A program made the position numbers and the translations under genes. Source: Candidatus Levyibacteriota bacterium (GTDB lineage Bacteria > Patescibacteriota > Microgenomatia > Levybacterales > UBA12049). From it: DNA of 64,000 nucleotides. The DNA is taken from the NCBI GenBank assembly GCA_016214555.1, contig JACROF010000002.1, positions 69,416-133,415 on the forward strand. Reading direction: 5' to 3'. The stretch's first letter is position 1. Each line of letters begins with the position of its first letter. Shown here in pieces: positions 8,020 through 19,000 of the stretch. Under the pieces are notes generated by a model, which was not told the DNA's origin, did not search any database, and saw only the letters and a list, made by a program, of their open reading frames with translations.

Positions 8020-10281
8020 ATGAGATGCATAAAATTGCTTTTACTTCTTTTGCTTGGTTTCTTAGTTTTTTCTACAAGCTCTAAGTCATTTGCTTCACCT
8101 CCTCAAGACCTACCTGTCATAACTGTGATCAATATGATACGAGGAAATGCATTGGGAAGAGAACATAGCGACCTCCTCCCAAGACTCCAATCACAATGGG
8201 AGGATACAAAAAATCATAACATTGCCGCCACGTGGCTCTGGCAATATGACGCATTAAAGAATGAAAAACTAACTTCTTATGCAAAGTCTGAGCTTAAAAA
8301 TCAAGAATTCGGATTATTTCTTGAGGTTGATAAAAATTTTGCACAAGACTCAATTGTTTTGTACAGAGGAAGGGGGCCGTGGTATTTTTCAGACGGTTTA
8401 TTTACCTTTTCTTATGATCTTCCTGAGAGAAATAGGCTTATTGATACACTTTTTTCCCAATTTAGAAGTGTATTTGGTTATTACCCAAAGACTGTCGGGG
8501 CGTGGTGGGTGGATGCAGACGCTCTTTCTTACATGCAACAAAAATACGGTATAACTTCCGCACTTAGAGCTGCTGACCAATACGATTTAGATGTCTACTC
8601 TATATGGGGAACTCCTTGGGGTGTACCTTATCTATCATCAATAGAAAATGCTGGAATACCCGCGAATTCATTTGATCAGAGTTCTCAGGTTGTAGTAATG
8701 CAATGGGCCCCACGCGATCCGCTCAAGGCGTATGGCAACAAATCAGAAAACGGAACTTTTAGTCTTCAGGATTACGAACTTAAAAAGTACGACCAGAAGT
8801 ATTTTAACTATCTTGCGGCCATGTATTTGAAAAAACCACAAGATCAGATTGTTGTCGGACTTGAAAATGACGGTGACGAGGAGACATTTATTGTAGGTGG
8901 CCATTACAACAACCTATTGCGTGCTGTGTCAGTGCTTGTGAGTGAGAAAAAGGCAAAAGTCATGCTTACAAAGGATTATGCTGACACGTTTTTGAAAAAT
9001 AAGTCTGTTTTCTCTCCAACAAATTATTTTCTCAGCAAGGATTTTGAGGGGGAGAATCAAGCTTTTTGGTATAACGGATCTCATTACAGAATAGGCATTC
9101 AAAAAAAAGGTACAGAAATTTCTGTGATAGATTTGAGAGATTATCGTATAAAAACGCAAGAGGACTTCTCAGTTCTTCCCAACTCACAAGGCATGCTTCG
9201 TATCTATGTACCACCACTTATTGACTCAGCTGCATTTCCTGAAAGAAAAAAACTCTTGTTATCGTCTCATCAGCCACTTTCCATAAAAGAAGAGCTAGGT
9301 CAAATCGTGCTTTTAAGTGGAGATAAAAAGATTGGAGTCTTTAATGATAGATCTTTCACCTTGTCCAATTCTTCAGTCTCACTTCCTACGATTTCCCAAA
9401 ATGGTTATGTTTTGCCATTTTCTTTATCTCTCATATTTTGCATGGCATACATAATTGCTATGCGGAAAAGGATTGCCAAAAGAGATCAGATAATTCTTGC
9501 GACAATCTATTTGATTGCTCTATTTTTTGCTGGAGATTTTCAATTCACAAAAGACACTATCATGTTTGACAAAAAGATGATAATTTTTTCAGTTTTATTT
9601 CCACTTATCCCAGTTTTCTCAGCCAAAATATATCTTTCTTTTTTTGTAGTTCCTTTCTTACTTTTTCTTGCAGCTCATGCCTATATTACAATTCGGTACC
9701 CATTAAGAAAGTTTCTTATTATTTTTCCTTCCCTCATGTTAATCAGCACATATGCACATGTGCCTTATTTTCCACTTGATAAGACTACTTATATAGAAAC
9801 AGCGGTTGGACTTGCATTAGTATTTGCGATCATCTTCCTTGTTGCAGTAGCAATCTATCTTAAGACTAAGAATAAGAAGACACTGATAGTAACCTTATTC
9901 GGAATGCCATTTGCCCTTGCTATAGTTGTAGGTGTAATTTTCCTTTCTCGAACCAGACTTATTATTCCTCCGTTTGAGACCCAGGCGTTGAAGGTTGTTG
10001 AAGAGAGAAAAAAGAACGTATGGTACTTGTATCCTTCCCAAAAACCAATTTATAAAGCCACAAAACCTGCTCTTCTTGACAACTATTATGTTGAGGAGAA
10101 ATTAACAGGAGTGAACTGGACCACGTTTTTAAGAAATGGTGAGAAATTAGATGTGGTAGATTATCAAAACAAGCTTCTGGTAGTTCCTCGATTTTTAGGG
10201 TCAAATGTATCAGATCAGGAAGTGGAAAAACTTGGTCTTAAGAAAATTTTTGACAACTCTCAGATTGCAATATTTGAATAG
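8020..10281 (+). CDS. large integral membrane protein with N-terminal extracytoplasmic domain (hypothetical)
   Basis: 753 aa. A signal or anchor sequence is followed by a ~450 aa soluble domain, then ~10-12 TM helices in the C-terminal 300 aa. Confidence 0.65.
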   Translation: MRCIKLLLLLLLGFLVFSTSSKSFASPPQDLPVITVINMIRGNALGREHSDLLPRLQSQWEDTKNHNIAATWLWQYDALKNEKLTSYAKSELKNQEFGLFLEVDKNFAQDSIVLYRGRGPWYFSDGLFTFSYDLPERNRLIDTLFSQFRSVFGYYPKTVGAWWVDADALSYMQQKYGITSALRAADQYDLDVYSIWGTPWGVPYLSSIENAGIPANSFDQSSQVVVMQWAPRDPLKAYGNKSENGTFSLQDYELKKYDQKYFNYLAAMYLKKPQDQIVVGLENDGDEETFIVGGHYNNLLRAVSVLVSEKKAKVMLTKDYADTFLKNKSVFSPTNYFLSKDFEGENQAFWYNGSHYRIGIQKKGTEISVIDLRDYRIKTQEDFSVLPNSQGMLRIYVPPLIDSAAFPERKKLLLSSHQPLSIKEELGQIVLLSGDKKIGVFNDRSFTLSNSSVSLPTISQNGYVLPFSLSLIFCMAYIIAMRKRIAKRDQIILATIYLIALFFAGDFQFTKDTIMFDKKMIIFSVLFPLIPVFSAKIYLSFFVVPFLLFLAAHAYITIRYPLRKFLIIFPSLMLISTYAHVPYFPLDKTTYIETAVGLALVFAIIFLVAVAIYLKTKNKKTLIVTLFGMPFALAIVVGVIFLSRTRLIIPPFETQALKVVEERKKNVWYLYPSQKPIYKATKPALLDNYYVEEKLTGVNWTTFLRNGEKLDVVDYQNKLLVVPRFLGSNVSDQEVEKLGLKKIFDNSQIAIFE

Positions 10282-10283
10282 TG

Positions 10284-10356
10284 TCGGGGAGACAGGATTC
10301 GAACCTGCGGCCTCACGGTCCCAAACCGCGCGCGCTACCAACTGCGCCACTCCCCG
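10284..10356 (-). tRNA. tRNA-Pro (anticodon TGG)
   Basis: CGGGGAG-TG-GCGC AGTTGGTA GCGC-G-CGCGG TTTGGGA CCGTG-AGGCC-GCAGG TTCGAAT CCTGT-CTCCCCG-A. Confidence 0.85.
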
Positions 10357-10379
10357 AGGAAGCTTATTATACCATTATG

Positions 10380-10463
10380 TGCCGCGGGGGGGACTCGAAC
10401 CCCCACGTCCTTTTAGAACAGGGGCTCTTAAGGCCCCCGTGTATACCATTTCACCACCGCGGC
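10380..10463 (-). tRNA. tRNA-Leu (anticodon TAA)
   Basis: GCCGCGG-TG-GTG AAATGGTATA CAC-GGGGC CTTAAGA GCCCC- long variable arm -GGGGG TTCGAGT CCCCC-CCGCGGC-A. It is a type II tRNA. Confidence 0.85.
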
Positions 10464-10501
10464 AGAATATAACACTCTGTATTTTACTTGAATCTGAGGC
10501 T

Positions 10502-11863
10502 TTATTCAATTGCGCGCAGCATATCTCGTCTCCCAATACCTGTACGGTAGTGCAAATTATCACCCTCAACACTTACATGGGAAATACTAGCATACGCCTG
10601 TGCTCTTGCTTCACCAAGACTTGATCCAGATCCCACCACGTAGAAAAGTCTTCCACCACTAACTCTCCACTCGTCTCCAACTCTTGTCATACCAGCACCT
10701 CTAATAACAGCGCCTTCTTGATATGCATCTTCAAGTCCAAAAATTCTTTTGTTTTTTGCCTTATCATAATTTCCTGGATAACCTCTTGACGCACCAGTTA
10801 CAGCTACTCTATGAAAACGGTCTCTACCAAGCGTCATTCCACCTAAATTCCTAGTGGCAATAGCCATATTGATATCATAATAATTTTGGAGTCCAGGGAC
10901 TATCACTTGAGCTTCGGGGTCTCCTAATCGAGAATTTATCTCAACCACTCTAACATGCGGGTTATTGTCACTATCTCTTGTTACCATCCCGCTTACATAA
11001 ATCACACCCTGGTAGTCAATTCCTTCTCTCATGAGACCCTCCATAAGAGGTTCAACCACTTTGTCATGAGTTAGCCGAGCAATCTGCTCTGACATTAGAT
11101 TTGTGGGACTATTACTCCCCATACTCCCCGTGTTTTCTCCTGCATCGAAGTCGTAGGCTGTTTTGTAATCAACAGCCGTTCCAACCTCCTGGTAGTCACG
11201 ACCATCTGTAAAGATAAAGTGAGAAAATTCATCTCCTGGTGTCCCATCTGCATTTTTCATCCATTCCTCAACGACAATCTTTTGCGCAGCATGCGGATAT
11301 CTCGCTCTTAATTCCGCAAAGCGCTCCAAAACCTGCTCTTTATTCTCAGCGGGCATTGCACCTTTTCCTTCAGCTAAGTACGCTGCTTTAGTGAAATAGG
11401 GGACATCAGGCATGTTTTCTAGAAGCTGCAGCAACTCCTCCTCACTTTCTGCCACTGCATACGCAGGCCCTGGAACAAGTCCTAGGCTTCTCATATATGC
11501 CTTATCCCATTCAAGTTTTCCGGCCATCCTATCTGCGCCTACTACTAATGCGCCCTGACTTCGCAACCTTCCAGCAACATTCCCCGCAATTGCATCGTCC
11601 TGTGCGACATCAATCATGTCAAACTTACCATCTTGGAGCACATCTACAATTGCATCGCTGTTTTTGAGACTGATATTCTTATGAAGAGTCACGGGTATAC
11701 CAAATTCTCTTTCAATATCATATTTTGTGTAATCGTTGCCTGGGACAAGTGTGACATCATTAACTTTGCCGCTTTCTGCCAAAGCGCTGATGATGGCGTG
11801 TCCACGACCACCTCCATCAACCACAGCTACACGACCAGTCTGAGAGAATTCTGTTTTAATCAT
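10502..11863 (-). CDS. purD: phosphoribosylamine--glycine ligase
   Basis: Starts RVAVVDGGGRGHAIISAL, carries an ATP-grasp core and the INSRLGDPE motif. Length 453 aa. Confidence 0.9.
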   Translation of the reverse strand: MIKTEFSQTGRVAVVDGGGRGHAIISALAESGKVNDVTLVPGNDYTKYDIEREFGIPVTLHKNISLKNSDAIVDVLQDGKFDMIDVAQDDAIAGNVAGRLRSQGALVVGADRMAGKLEWDKAYMRSLGLVPGPAYAVAESEEELLQLLENMPDVPYFTKAAYLAEGKGAMPAENKEQVLERFAELRARYPHAAQKIVVEEWMKNADGTPGDEFSHFIFTDGRDYQEVGTAVDYKTAYDFDAGENTGSMGSNSPTNLMSEQIARLTHDKVVEPLMEGLMREGIDYQGVIYVSGMVTRDSDNNPHVRVVEINSRLGDPEAQVIVPGLQNYYDINMAIATRNLGGMTLGRDRFHRVAVTGASRGYPGNYDKAKNKRIFGLEDAYQEGAVIRGAGMTRVGDEWRVSGGRLFYVVGSGSSLGEARAQAYASISHVSVEGDNLHYRTGIGRRDMLRAIE

Positions 11864-11904
11864 CTGAACTTACTATAGTTGCCGTTTTTGCTGAATGCAA
11901 GACC

Positions 11905-12867
11905 TTATTGATGAGATGGGGGAGTAATCTTCAAACTCAGGAGAGAAAAATCAAGAAAATGTTTCATTTCTTCACGCCTATTTTCGCTATTGAGTAAAAT
12001 CCCTACGATACTGTGACCTTTATACTCAAGTAGTGTTATCAGACACATACCAGCTTCTGGTGTATAGCCTGTTTTGACACCTTTTACACCAGGATATGTT
12101 GTTAGAAGATTTGTTTCATTATAAAGCGTGTAAGATTGATGAGTACCTGTTGCGGGCAAGGTGTGTTCATATGTTGAAACAATTTTCCTAAAAACAGGAA
12201 AGTTATCGAGTGCATATTTTGTAATGACCAACAAATCCAAAGCTGTTGTGTATTGCTGCCCATCTCCTTGAAGACCTGAAGGATTACTAAAATGAGTGTC
12301 ATCAAGCCCCATTGCCTTTACCTTATCATTCATCGCATCAATAAAAGCTTTTCTTCCACCAACATAATTTGATGCAATAACCTCAGCTGCATCATTTCCT
12401 GATGGAAGCATCAGTCCATAGAGCAATTCTTCAAGAGAAAATATTTCTCCAGGCAACACTCCCATACTATCCTCGCCAACAAGATTCTCGGCTCGCACGA
12501 CATATCTATCATCATGCCTCTTATTCTCTAAAGCAACAATTGCTGTCATAATTTTTGTGAGAGATGCCATCGGAAGTCTCTTTGAGCTTTGGTAAGAATA
12601 CATTGACTTATTCGTCGACAGATTATAAAGAAGTACTGCTCTTGCAGTGAAAGTTGGCGGTGAAGCTTCTGCCTGAAACTTTTCAACAATAGGTGACCAA
12701 AAGTCTAATAGTGTCACCTGCTTATTAACACCTACCGTCAAAAAATCAGGGAGAGGCGAGAGGTACTTTGACTGGCCAACATGTGAAGGAATAAAGATAT
12801 ACATAATAAGGAGGATGCATAAGGCAAGAAGAGTGATGCTAACAAGATACCCAAAAAATGAGCGCAT
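11905..12867 (-). CDS. D-alanyl-D-alanine carboxypeptidase (serine-type, S11/PBP5 family)
   Basis: N-terminal anchor, then the three serine-peptidase motifs SLTKIMTA (SxxK), SGN and KTG (VKGVKTGYT). Confidence 0.85.
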   Translation of the reverse strand: MRSFFGYLVSITLLALCILLIMYIFIPSHVGQSKYLSPLPDFLTVGVNKQVTLLDFWSPIVEKFQAEASPPTFTARAVLLYNLSTNKSMYSYQSSKRLPMASLTKIMTAIVALENKRHDDRYVVRAENLVGEDSMGVLPGEIFSLEELLYGLMLPSGNDAAEVIASNYVGGRKAFIDAMNDKVKAMGLDDTHFSNPSGLQGDGQQYTTALDLLVITKYALDNFPVFRKIVSTYEHTLPATGTHQSYTLYNETNLLTTYPGVKGVKTGYTPEAGMCLITLLEYKGHSIVGILLNSENRREEMKHFLDFSLLSLKITPPSHQ

Positions 12868-12891
12868 GAAAAAATTGTATCACGGAGTATA

Positions 12892-13734
12892 ATGATGACA
12901 ATGGAAAAAACACTTTCTGTACTATCTTTTAATGTCTACGGAACTCCTTTTGTCCCTCATAAGTTGCTCAAAACACTCATGAGAAATAACATCAGGAAAA
13001 GATTTCGATTGATAGCAAAAGAGATCAATTTATTATCACCTGATGTTGTCCTATTACAGGAAGTTCACGATTACTTTCATCTGCATTATATGATGAAATT
13101 TTTGAGTGAATACCCGCACTCATTTTACCGTCACAGCTACTTTGGACCACGCGGTGGACTTGTGATAATAAGCAAACATCAACTTGGACAAAAACACTAC
13201 ATCGATTTTCATACAAGAGGGAAGTACTTTGACAAGTCAATCACAGGGCACCTCTCTGGTAAAGGAGTGCTCTTGGCTCGTATTAAAAGTACTGATGTAT
13301 ATCTTCTTAATACACACCTTACGCAAAACTCGCTTCACAACTGGGATGTAGAAAGTAATTACGTTCGAATTCTTAAATCACAACTTATTCAACTCGGACA
13401 ATTGGTAAATACGTTCACTACTCGAAAAAAATCTCTCATTTTGGCTGGAGATTTTAATATGCCCAAGAACTCTGTCTATTACCATGAATTTTTGCAGGAG
13501 ACAAAACTTTTGGACTCTTTTAAAAACGATTCATTTACAACGTATCATCAATCATTTCTTCCAAAAGGAGCAAGCGTTGGAAGACTCGATTTCATCTTTT
13601 CTACCTCTTCTTTAAAAACAACAAAAACTGCATATTTTTTAAAAAAACCAGTAATAATTGATGAGAAGGAATGGTATTTATCAGACCATATTGGACTCTA
13701 CTGTATTTTTAAGTTCGAAAAGTTGTTACAATAA
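12892..13734 (+). CDS. endonuclease/exonuclease/phosphatase (EEP) family protein
   Basis: LSFNVYG...VVLLQEV...LAGDFN...SDH, the EEP catalytic pattern. Confidence 0.7.
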   Translation: MMTMEKTLSVLSFNVYGTPFVPHKLLKTLMRNNIRKRFRLIAKEINLLSPDVVLLQEVHDYFHLHYMMKFLSEYPHSFYRHSYFGPRGGLVIISKHQLGQKHYIDFHTRGKYFDKSITGHLSGKGVLLARIKSTDVYLLNTHLTQNSLHNWDVESNYVRILKSQLIQLGQLVNTFTTRKKSLILAGDFNMPKNSVYYHEFLQETKLLDSFKNDSFTTYHQSFLPKGASVGRLDFIFSTSSLKTTKTAYFLKKPVIIDEKEWYLSDHIGLYCIFKFEKLLQ

Positions 13735-13738
13735 TGCA

Positions 13739-14512
13739 ATGGACATTGTTCATGCTGTTATTCTGGGAGCAGTAGAGGGAATTACAGAATTTCTTCCTAT
13801 TTCATCAACAGGTCATCTTATTCTAACCTCTCATTTTCTCAAAATCACACAGACTGAATTTGCTAAAAGTTTTGAGATTATTATTCAACTTGGTGCAATC
13901 TTGGCTATCATAACTCTTTACTGGAGATCTCTTTTTGTTCAAAGGTCCAATTGGCCAAAGCTTTTTTTGGCATTTGCACCAACAGCTTTAGTAGGATTCA
14001 CCCTCTATCCATTTATTAAAGATATTCTTCTTTCAAGTCCTAACGTGACACTTGTATCATTATTTGTCGGTGGAATTGTACTTATAATCATCGAAAAAAC
14101 GCACAAAGAGCGCGATTTCCATACTGACAGCATTTCTCACATCACAAATAGACAGGCTGTACTTATTGGGATGTATCAATCAATCTCTGTTATCCCAGGA
14201 GTCTCAAGAGCAGGAGCGACCATCATTGGTGGCATGCTAACTGGTGCGAAGAGAAAAGTTGCTGTTGAGTTCTCGTTTTTATTAGCAGTTCCAACTATTC
14301 TTGCTGCAACACTTTTAGACCTTTCTCATTCATATCAAACATTTTCAGTACAAGACCTTCATTTGTTACTTGTTGGATTTTGTTCATCATTTGTCGTTGC
14401 ATTTTTCACTGTTAAATTTTTTGTAACATACATTACAAAAAACAATTTTATATTGTTTGGAGTTTATAGAATTTTTATTGCCATATTTTATTGGATATTT
14501 CTTCTTCGCTAG
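13739..14512 (+). CDS. uppP: undecaprenyl-diphosphatase
   Basis: MDIVHAVILGAVEGITEFLPISSTGHLIL is the BacA/UppP signature. The start is taken at ATG 13739 rather than the ORF-track 13658, which overlaps the upstream gene. Confidence 0.85.
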   Translation: MDIVHAVILGAVEGITEFLPISSTGHLILTSHFLKITQTEFAKSFEIIIQLGAILAIITLYWRSLFVQRSNWPKLFLAFAPTALVGFTLYPFIKDILLSSPNVTLVSLFVGGIVLIIIEKTHKERDFHTDSISHITNRQAVLIGMYQSISVIPGVSRAGATIIGGMLTGAKRKVAVEFSFLLAVPTILAATLLDLSHSYQTFSVQDLHLLLVGFCSSFVVAFFTVKFFVTYITKNNFILFGVYRIFIAIFYWIFLLR

Positions 14513-14610
14513 TCTTGACTCTAGGCTTGAAAGAAGCTATACTCGATAACGCACTACATCCACTACGCTCCCTCGTTTTTGGTTAACTCTGCATCCTGTA
14601 GTTATATAAT

Positions 14611-16068
14611 ATGATATCTCGATCTACTCTTATAAAAGAGCTTTCATTTTCTAGACTTAAAACTAAGATCAGTAAATCAAAACGTTACCAACGTACTGTC
14701 AAATTTGTTGAGAAAAAACCGTTTTCTAGCTTTTTGGTTAGTCTTGGCATACTACTTTTTATCCTCATTCTTGGCAACATCATAGGAAATCTCGGGAAGA
14801 AAACAGCAGAACCACACATACCAACTAAAGAAGTAAAAATTTATAGCATTGGCAAAGCACCAACGGTTGCTCTTCAGGCACAAGTTGAGAGAAATGGGAT
14901 TATAAAAATTGTAGCTCAAGCACCTGGAATCGTTCAAAAGGTACATGTCTTAGAGGGGCAGACGGTAAGTAAGGGACAGACTCTTGTCTCTTTCTCCTCA
15001 AATTACCAAGGAGGAAATGCAGCAGGCCTTCAAGTTCAGCTTGCAGGAGTACAACTTAAAAATGTCAACGAAACATACTCACTCCAAAAAAACATATTGA
15101 ACAGGCAAAGAGATATTGCAACTGCCTCAGCTCAAAATACCGACCAGCTAAGACAAATTACCGAGAAATCTCTTGGTGAGACCAGAGATCTGCTCGCTCT
15201 TAATGAAAGCATGTTAACAAGCCTCAATGATCAAATTACACAAAAGGAGCTAGCAAATCCTTCAGACCCTGAACTTCCTGGCCTTCGCGCATCACAAGCA
15301 CAACTTCAAGCAGGAGTTAATCAGCTTCGTGGTAGCGTCCGGTCGATTGAGTACCAAGTTAATACAGAAAAGCCCCCAACTCTTTTAAGTAACCTGCAAA
15401 AAGAGATCACAGTTAAACAACTCGAAATCCAAGATAAAGCTCTTGAGCTTAATAAGACAGTAAGTAAGATACAGTACAATCTTGCACTCGTACAGGAGGG
15501 AATTATGCACCCCGCATCTCCTTTTTCTGGCGTCGTGCAGAGAGTACATGTACACGAGGGTGAAAATGTAAGTCCAGGTACTGTTGTTGCTGTTGTTGCA
15601 AGCAATCAAGGTAGCTCAACAATTATTCTTAGAGCTCCTCGAGAAATAGCAGAGTCTGTCTCTCGCATAGAAGCAAGTGGATTGTTGATTGGAAATAAAG
15701 TTATTGCGGCAACCCCGTCATACGTCTCAACTGTCGCAACAGATGGGCAACTTTACTCTATTATCTACACACTTCCTGATGGGGTTGAGGAGTCACTAAA
15801 TGACGGTGAATACATTCAAATTTCTGTTCCTGTTGGCTATGCTGACACCAACAGTGTTGTTCCTTTCGTTCCTATCGATTCTGTTTACGAATCTCAATCT
15901 GAATCAAACATCTTTGTTGCTAAAAATGGAAAAGTTATTTCCAAAAAAGTTGTGGTAGGAGATGTCTTTGGACAATATGTTCAAGTAATGAGTGGTCTTC
16001 AAAATGGCGACCAAGTTATTCTTAGCCGCAATGTTATTGCAGGAGATAAAGTAGTTATCAAGCAATAG
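14611..16068 (+). CDS. efflux transporter periplasmic adaptor subunit (HlyD/membrane-fusion family)
   Basis: N-terminal TM anchor, a biotin-lipoyl-like segment (KIVAQAPGIVQKVHVLEGQTVSKGQTLV), a coiled-coil middle and a C-terminal beta domain. Sits immediately upstream of the RND permease. Confidence 0.7.
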   Translation: MISRSTLIKELSFSRLKTKISKSKRYQRTVKFVEKKPFSSFLVSLGILLFILILGNIIGNLGKKTAEPHIPTKEVKIYSIGKAPTVALQAQVERNGIIKIVAQAPGIVQKVHVLEGQTVSKGQTLVSFSSNYQGGNAAGLQVQLAGVQLKNVNETYSLQKNILNRQRDIATASAQNTDQLRQITEKSLGETRDLLALNESMLTSLNDQITQKELANPSDPELPGLRASQAQLQAGVNQLRGSVRSIEYQVNTEKPPTLLSNLQKEITVKQLEIQDKALELNKTVSKIQYNLALVQEGIMHPASPFSGVVQRVHVHEGENVSPGTVVAVVASNQGSSTIILRAPREIAESVSRIEASGLLIGNKVIAATPSYVSTVATDGQLYSIIYTLPDGVEESLNDGEYIQISVPVGYADTNSVVPFVPIDSVYESQSESNIFVAKNGKVISKKVVVGDVFGQYVQVMSGLQNGDQVILSRNVIAGDKVVIKQ

Positions 16069-16075
16069 TATATGT

Positions 16076-19000
16076 ATGAAAACAGAAACATCCTATCTTC
16101 ATCATCTCAGGTTTGATTCAAGGCTTAAGAACTCCTTTGTTGCAAAATACCTTTCAAATCCTCGCCTTGTCATACTATTGCTACTCACAATCATCGGTAT
16201 TGGAGCAACAAGTTACGCCTCTCTCCCCAGAAGAGTTAATCCTGAGATTAACATTCCAATTATTGTTGTTAGCACTGTTCTTCCGGGAGCAAATCCACAA
16301 GATGTTGAGTCACTTGTTAGTCAACCGATAGAGGACGGTATTGATAGTGTCGCAAATATCAAAACAGTCTCATCAACTTCTCAAGAAAATGTCTCTATTG
16401 TGCAAATAGAATTCAATTCAGGAATAGATCCAGATAAGGCTCGAGGCGACATTCAGTCTGCGATAGACCAAGTTGAGTTGCCAACAGACGCTCTTTCTCC
16501 AAAAGTCATTAAGATTGACTTTGAAAACCAACCCGTCTGGACGTTTACTCTTATTGGCAAAGGAGATGTGGCGAGCCTGTCCCGATTTGCGATAAAACTT
16601 AAAAATGATTTGGAAAATAAGTCTAGTATTGACAACGCTACCACAAATGGACTTGAAGAGAGAGAAATCAGCGTCATCATCGATCCTTCTCGCATTGCAA
16701 CTTACGGCATTACTCCGTTTCAACTTTCATCACTTGTGAAAGCATCTGTTGGATCATTTCCTGCAGGAACAGTCCTTACTCAAAATTCAAGCTTTGCACT
16801 TAGTATTGATCCAGCGGTTACCTCAGTTGAAGATGTCAGAAATCTCCAGCTAAATATCCAAGGAACTATTGTCCCACTTTCGTCTATTGCAACCATTACA
16901 GAACGGTCAAAACCAAATCAGTCTCCCTCATACTTTGCATCTCATACGCGAGAGCCCGAAAGATCAATAACTTTTAATGTGTACAAAACATCAACAGCAA
17001 ACATTGACCAAGCCACCAAGGATGCAGAAAAAATTGTTCATGAAAATATTGCATCGTATAAAGGGCAGTTTGAAACACTTACTATTGTCAATTCTGGAGA
17101 ACTGATTAACGAACAATTTAATGAGCTTATTCGAGACTTTAGCATCACTACTATTCTTGTATTTATCGTATTATTTGTTTTTCTAGGAGCGAGACAAGCT
17201 TTTGTCTCATTTTTTGCAGTTCCACTAACATTTCTTATTAGCTTTTCTGTCATGAAATTTACCGGAATATCGCTTAACTTTTTATCGATGTTTTCTCTAC
17301 TCTTATCTCTTGGGCTTCTCGTAGACGACACCATTGTAGTTATCTCAGCAATGACTTCTTATTATCGGTCAAAGAAGTTTACTCCGCTTGAAACCGGGCT
17401 ATTAGTATGGAAAGACTTTCTTACACCAATTCTAACAACCACACTCACAACTGTTTGGGCATTTTTGCCTCTTCTTTTGTCAACGGGAATTATTGGTGAA
17501 TTTATTAAGGCTATCCCTATTGTCGTCTCGAGCACTCTTCTTGCATCACTTGCTGTCGCATTGCTAGTAACACTACCCCTTATGATTATTCTTCTAAAAC
17601 CTGCTATCCCCTCACGTGTTGTAGTGCTTTTTAGAATACTTTTTGTAATGTTTCTCCTCTCGATTTTTGCTTTCATCGTCCCGAAAGGAATTTTTCTACC
17701 ATTTGCATTCCTTGCTCTCTTTGTCTTTCTTTTTGTCACAGCCAAGGCTAGACTTGGTCTTGTTCGGAAATCAAAAATCTTTATTGAAAAAACAAAAAGA
17801 AATCACCAATCCCTCAAAGTTGCACCATCATTTATTGACAACGGAGTTTTTGATTTTGGAAGATTTAGCATAAAGTATCGAAGAGCACTCGCTAAAATTC
17901 TTGCAACAAAAGAAAACAGGAGAAGAGCGGTTTTTATGGTGATCACTTTCTCTCTATTTTCTTACCTTCTTGTTCCATTCGGCTTTGTAAAGAGTGAATT
18001 CTTTCCAAAAAGCGACCAGGATTTTGTCTATGTTTCCGTAGAACTTCCTGCTGGAACAAATACTGATACAGCAGAGAAGGAGTCTCTCTATTTACTCAAA
18101 ACACTGAGAAATACAAAAGATGTCTCCTACGTGATCGTAGATATTGGTCAGGCATTTTCACAAAGTGGTGGCCAGGCAAGCTCAGGCAGCAATAACATCC
18201 TCTATTCACTTGTATTGCCAAAAAATCGCTCATCATCATCAATTGACATTGCACAAAACCTCAGAGACACTCTGAGTGGCTACACACCTGGAAAACTAAC
18301 AGTAACAGAGGAAAGCGGTGGCCCTCCTGCTGGTGCGGATGTGCAGATAAAATTGTTTGGTGATGACATTCCAACCATTGATAGCTACGCCAATAATGTT
18401 GTCTCGTACCTAGAAAAGCAAAAAGGTACGACAGACATTTCAAAGTCAATCAAGCCTGGAACGAGTAAGATTGTCTTTGTACCAAATCAGACAAAACTTT
18501 TACAAAACAATCTAACACAAGATCAAGTAGGAATATGGCTTCGAAGTTTTGCGAGTGGATTTACTCTTGACTCGGTCAAGTTTGGCAACGAAGCAGTACC
18601 TGGCAACAAGAAGCAAGACATTACTTTTCGAATGAGCCCCAAGCTTGAAAGCGTTTCAGACATTTCAACACTAAGTATTCCAACACAATCAGGACCAGTT
18701 GCCATCAGTAGTCTAGGAAAGCTAAAGCTAGAATCAAATCCTACTCTTATCACAAGGGAAGACGGCAAAAGAACGATCTCGATTACTGCAACTGTGACAA
18801 AAGGATATCAAGCATCAGAGATTAATAAAAATCTAGAGAGCTATGCAGATAACAACCTCAATCTACCAGATGGGTATAGCTGGAAAACAGGAGGAGCAAA
18901 TGAAGAAAATCAAAATTCAGTTACCTCAATTCTTGCTGCCATGCTTCTATCATTTCTTCTTATCGTCGTCACTATGGTAATTCAATTTGGATCTTTCAGA

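Noticed and set aside
10205-10624. Three overlapping ORFs (10205-10624 +, 10281-10472 +, 10375-10572 -) from the six-frame track.
   Set aside because: They lie entirely over tRNA-Pro and tRNA-Leu(TAA), both of which have good cloverleaves. They are translation artefacts of GC-rich tRNA sequence.
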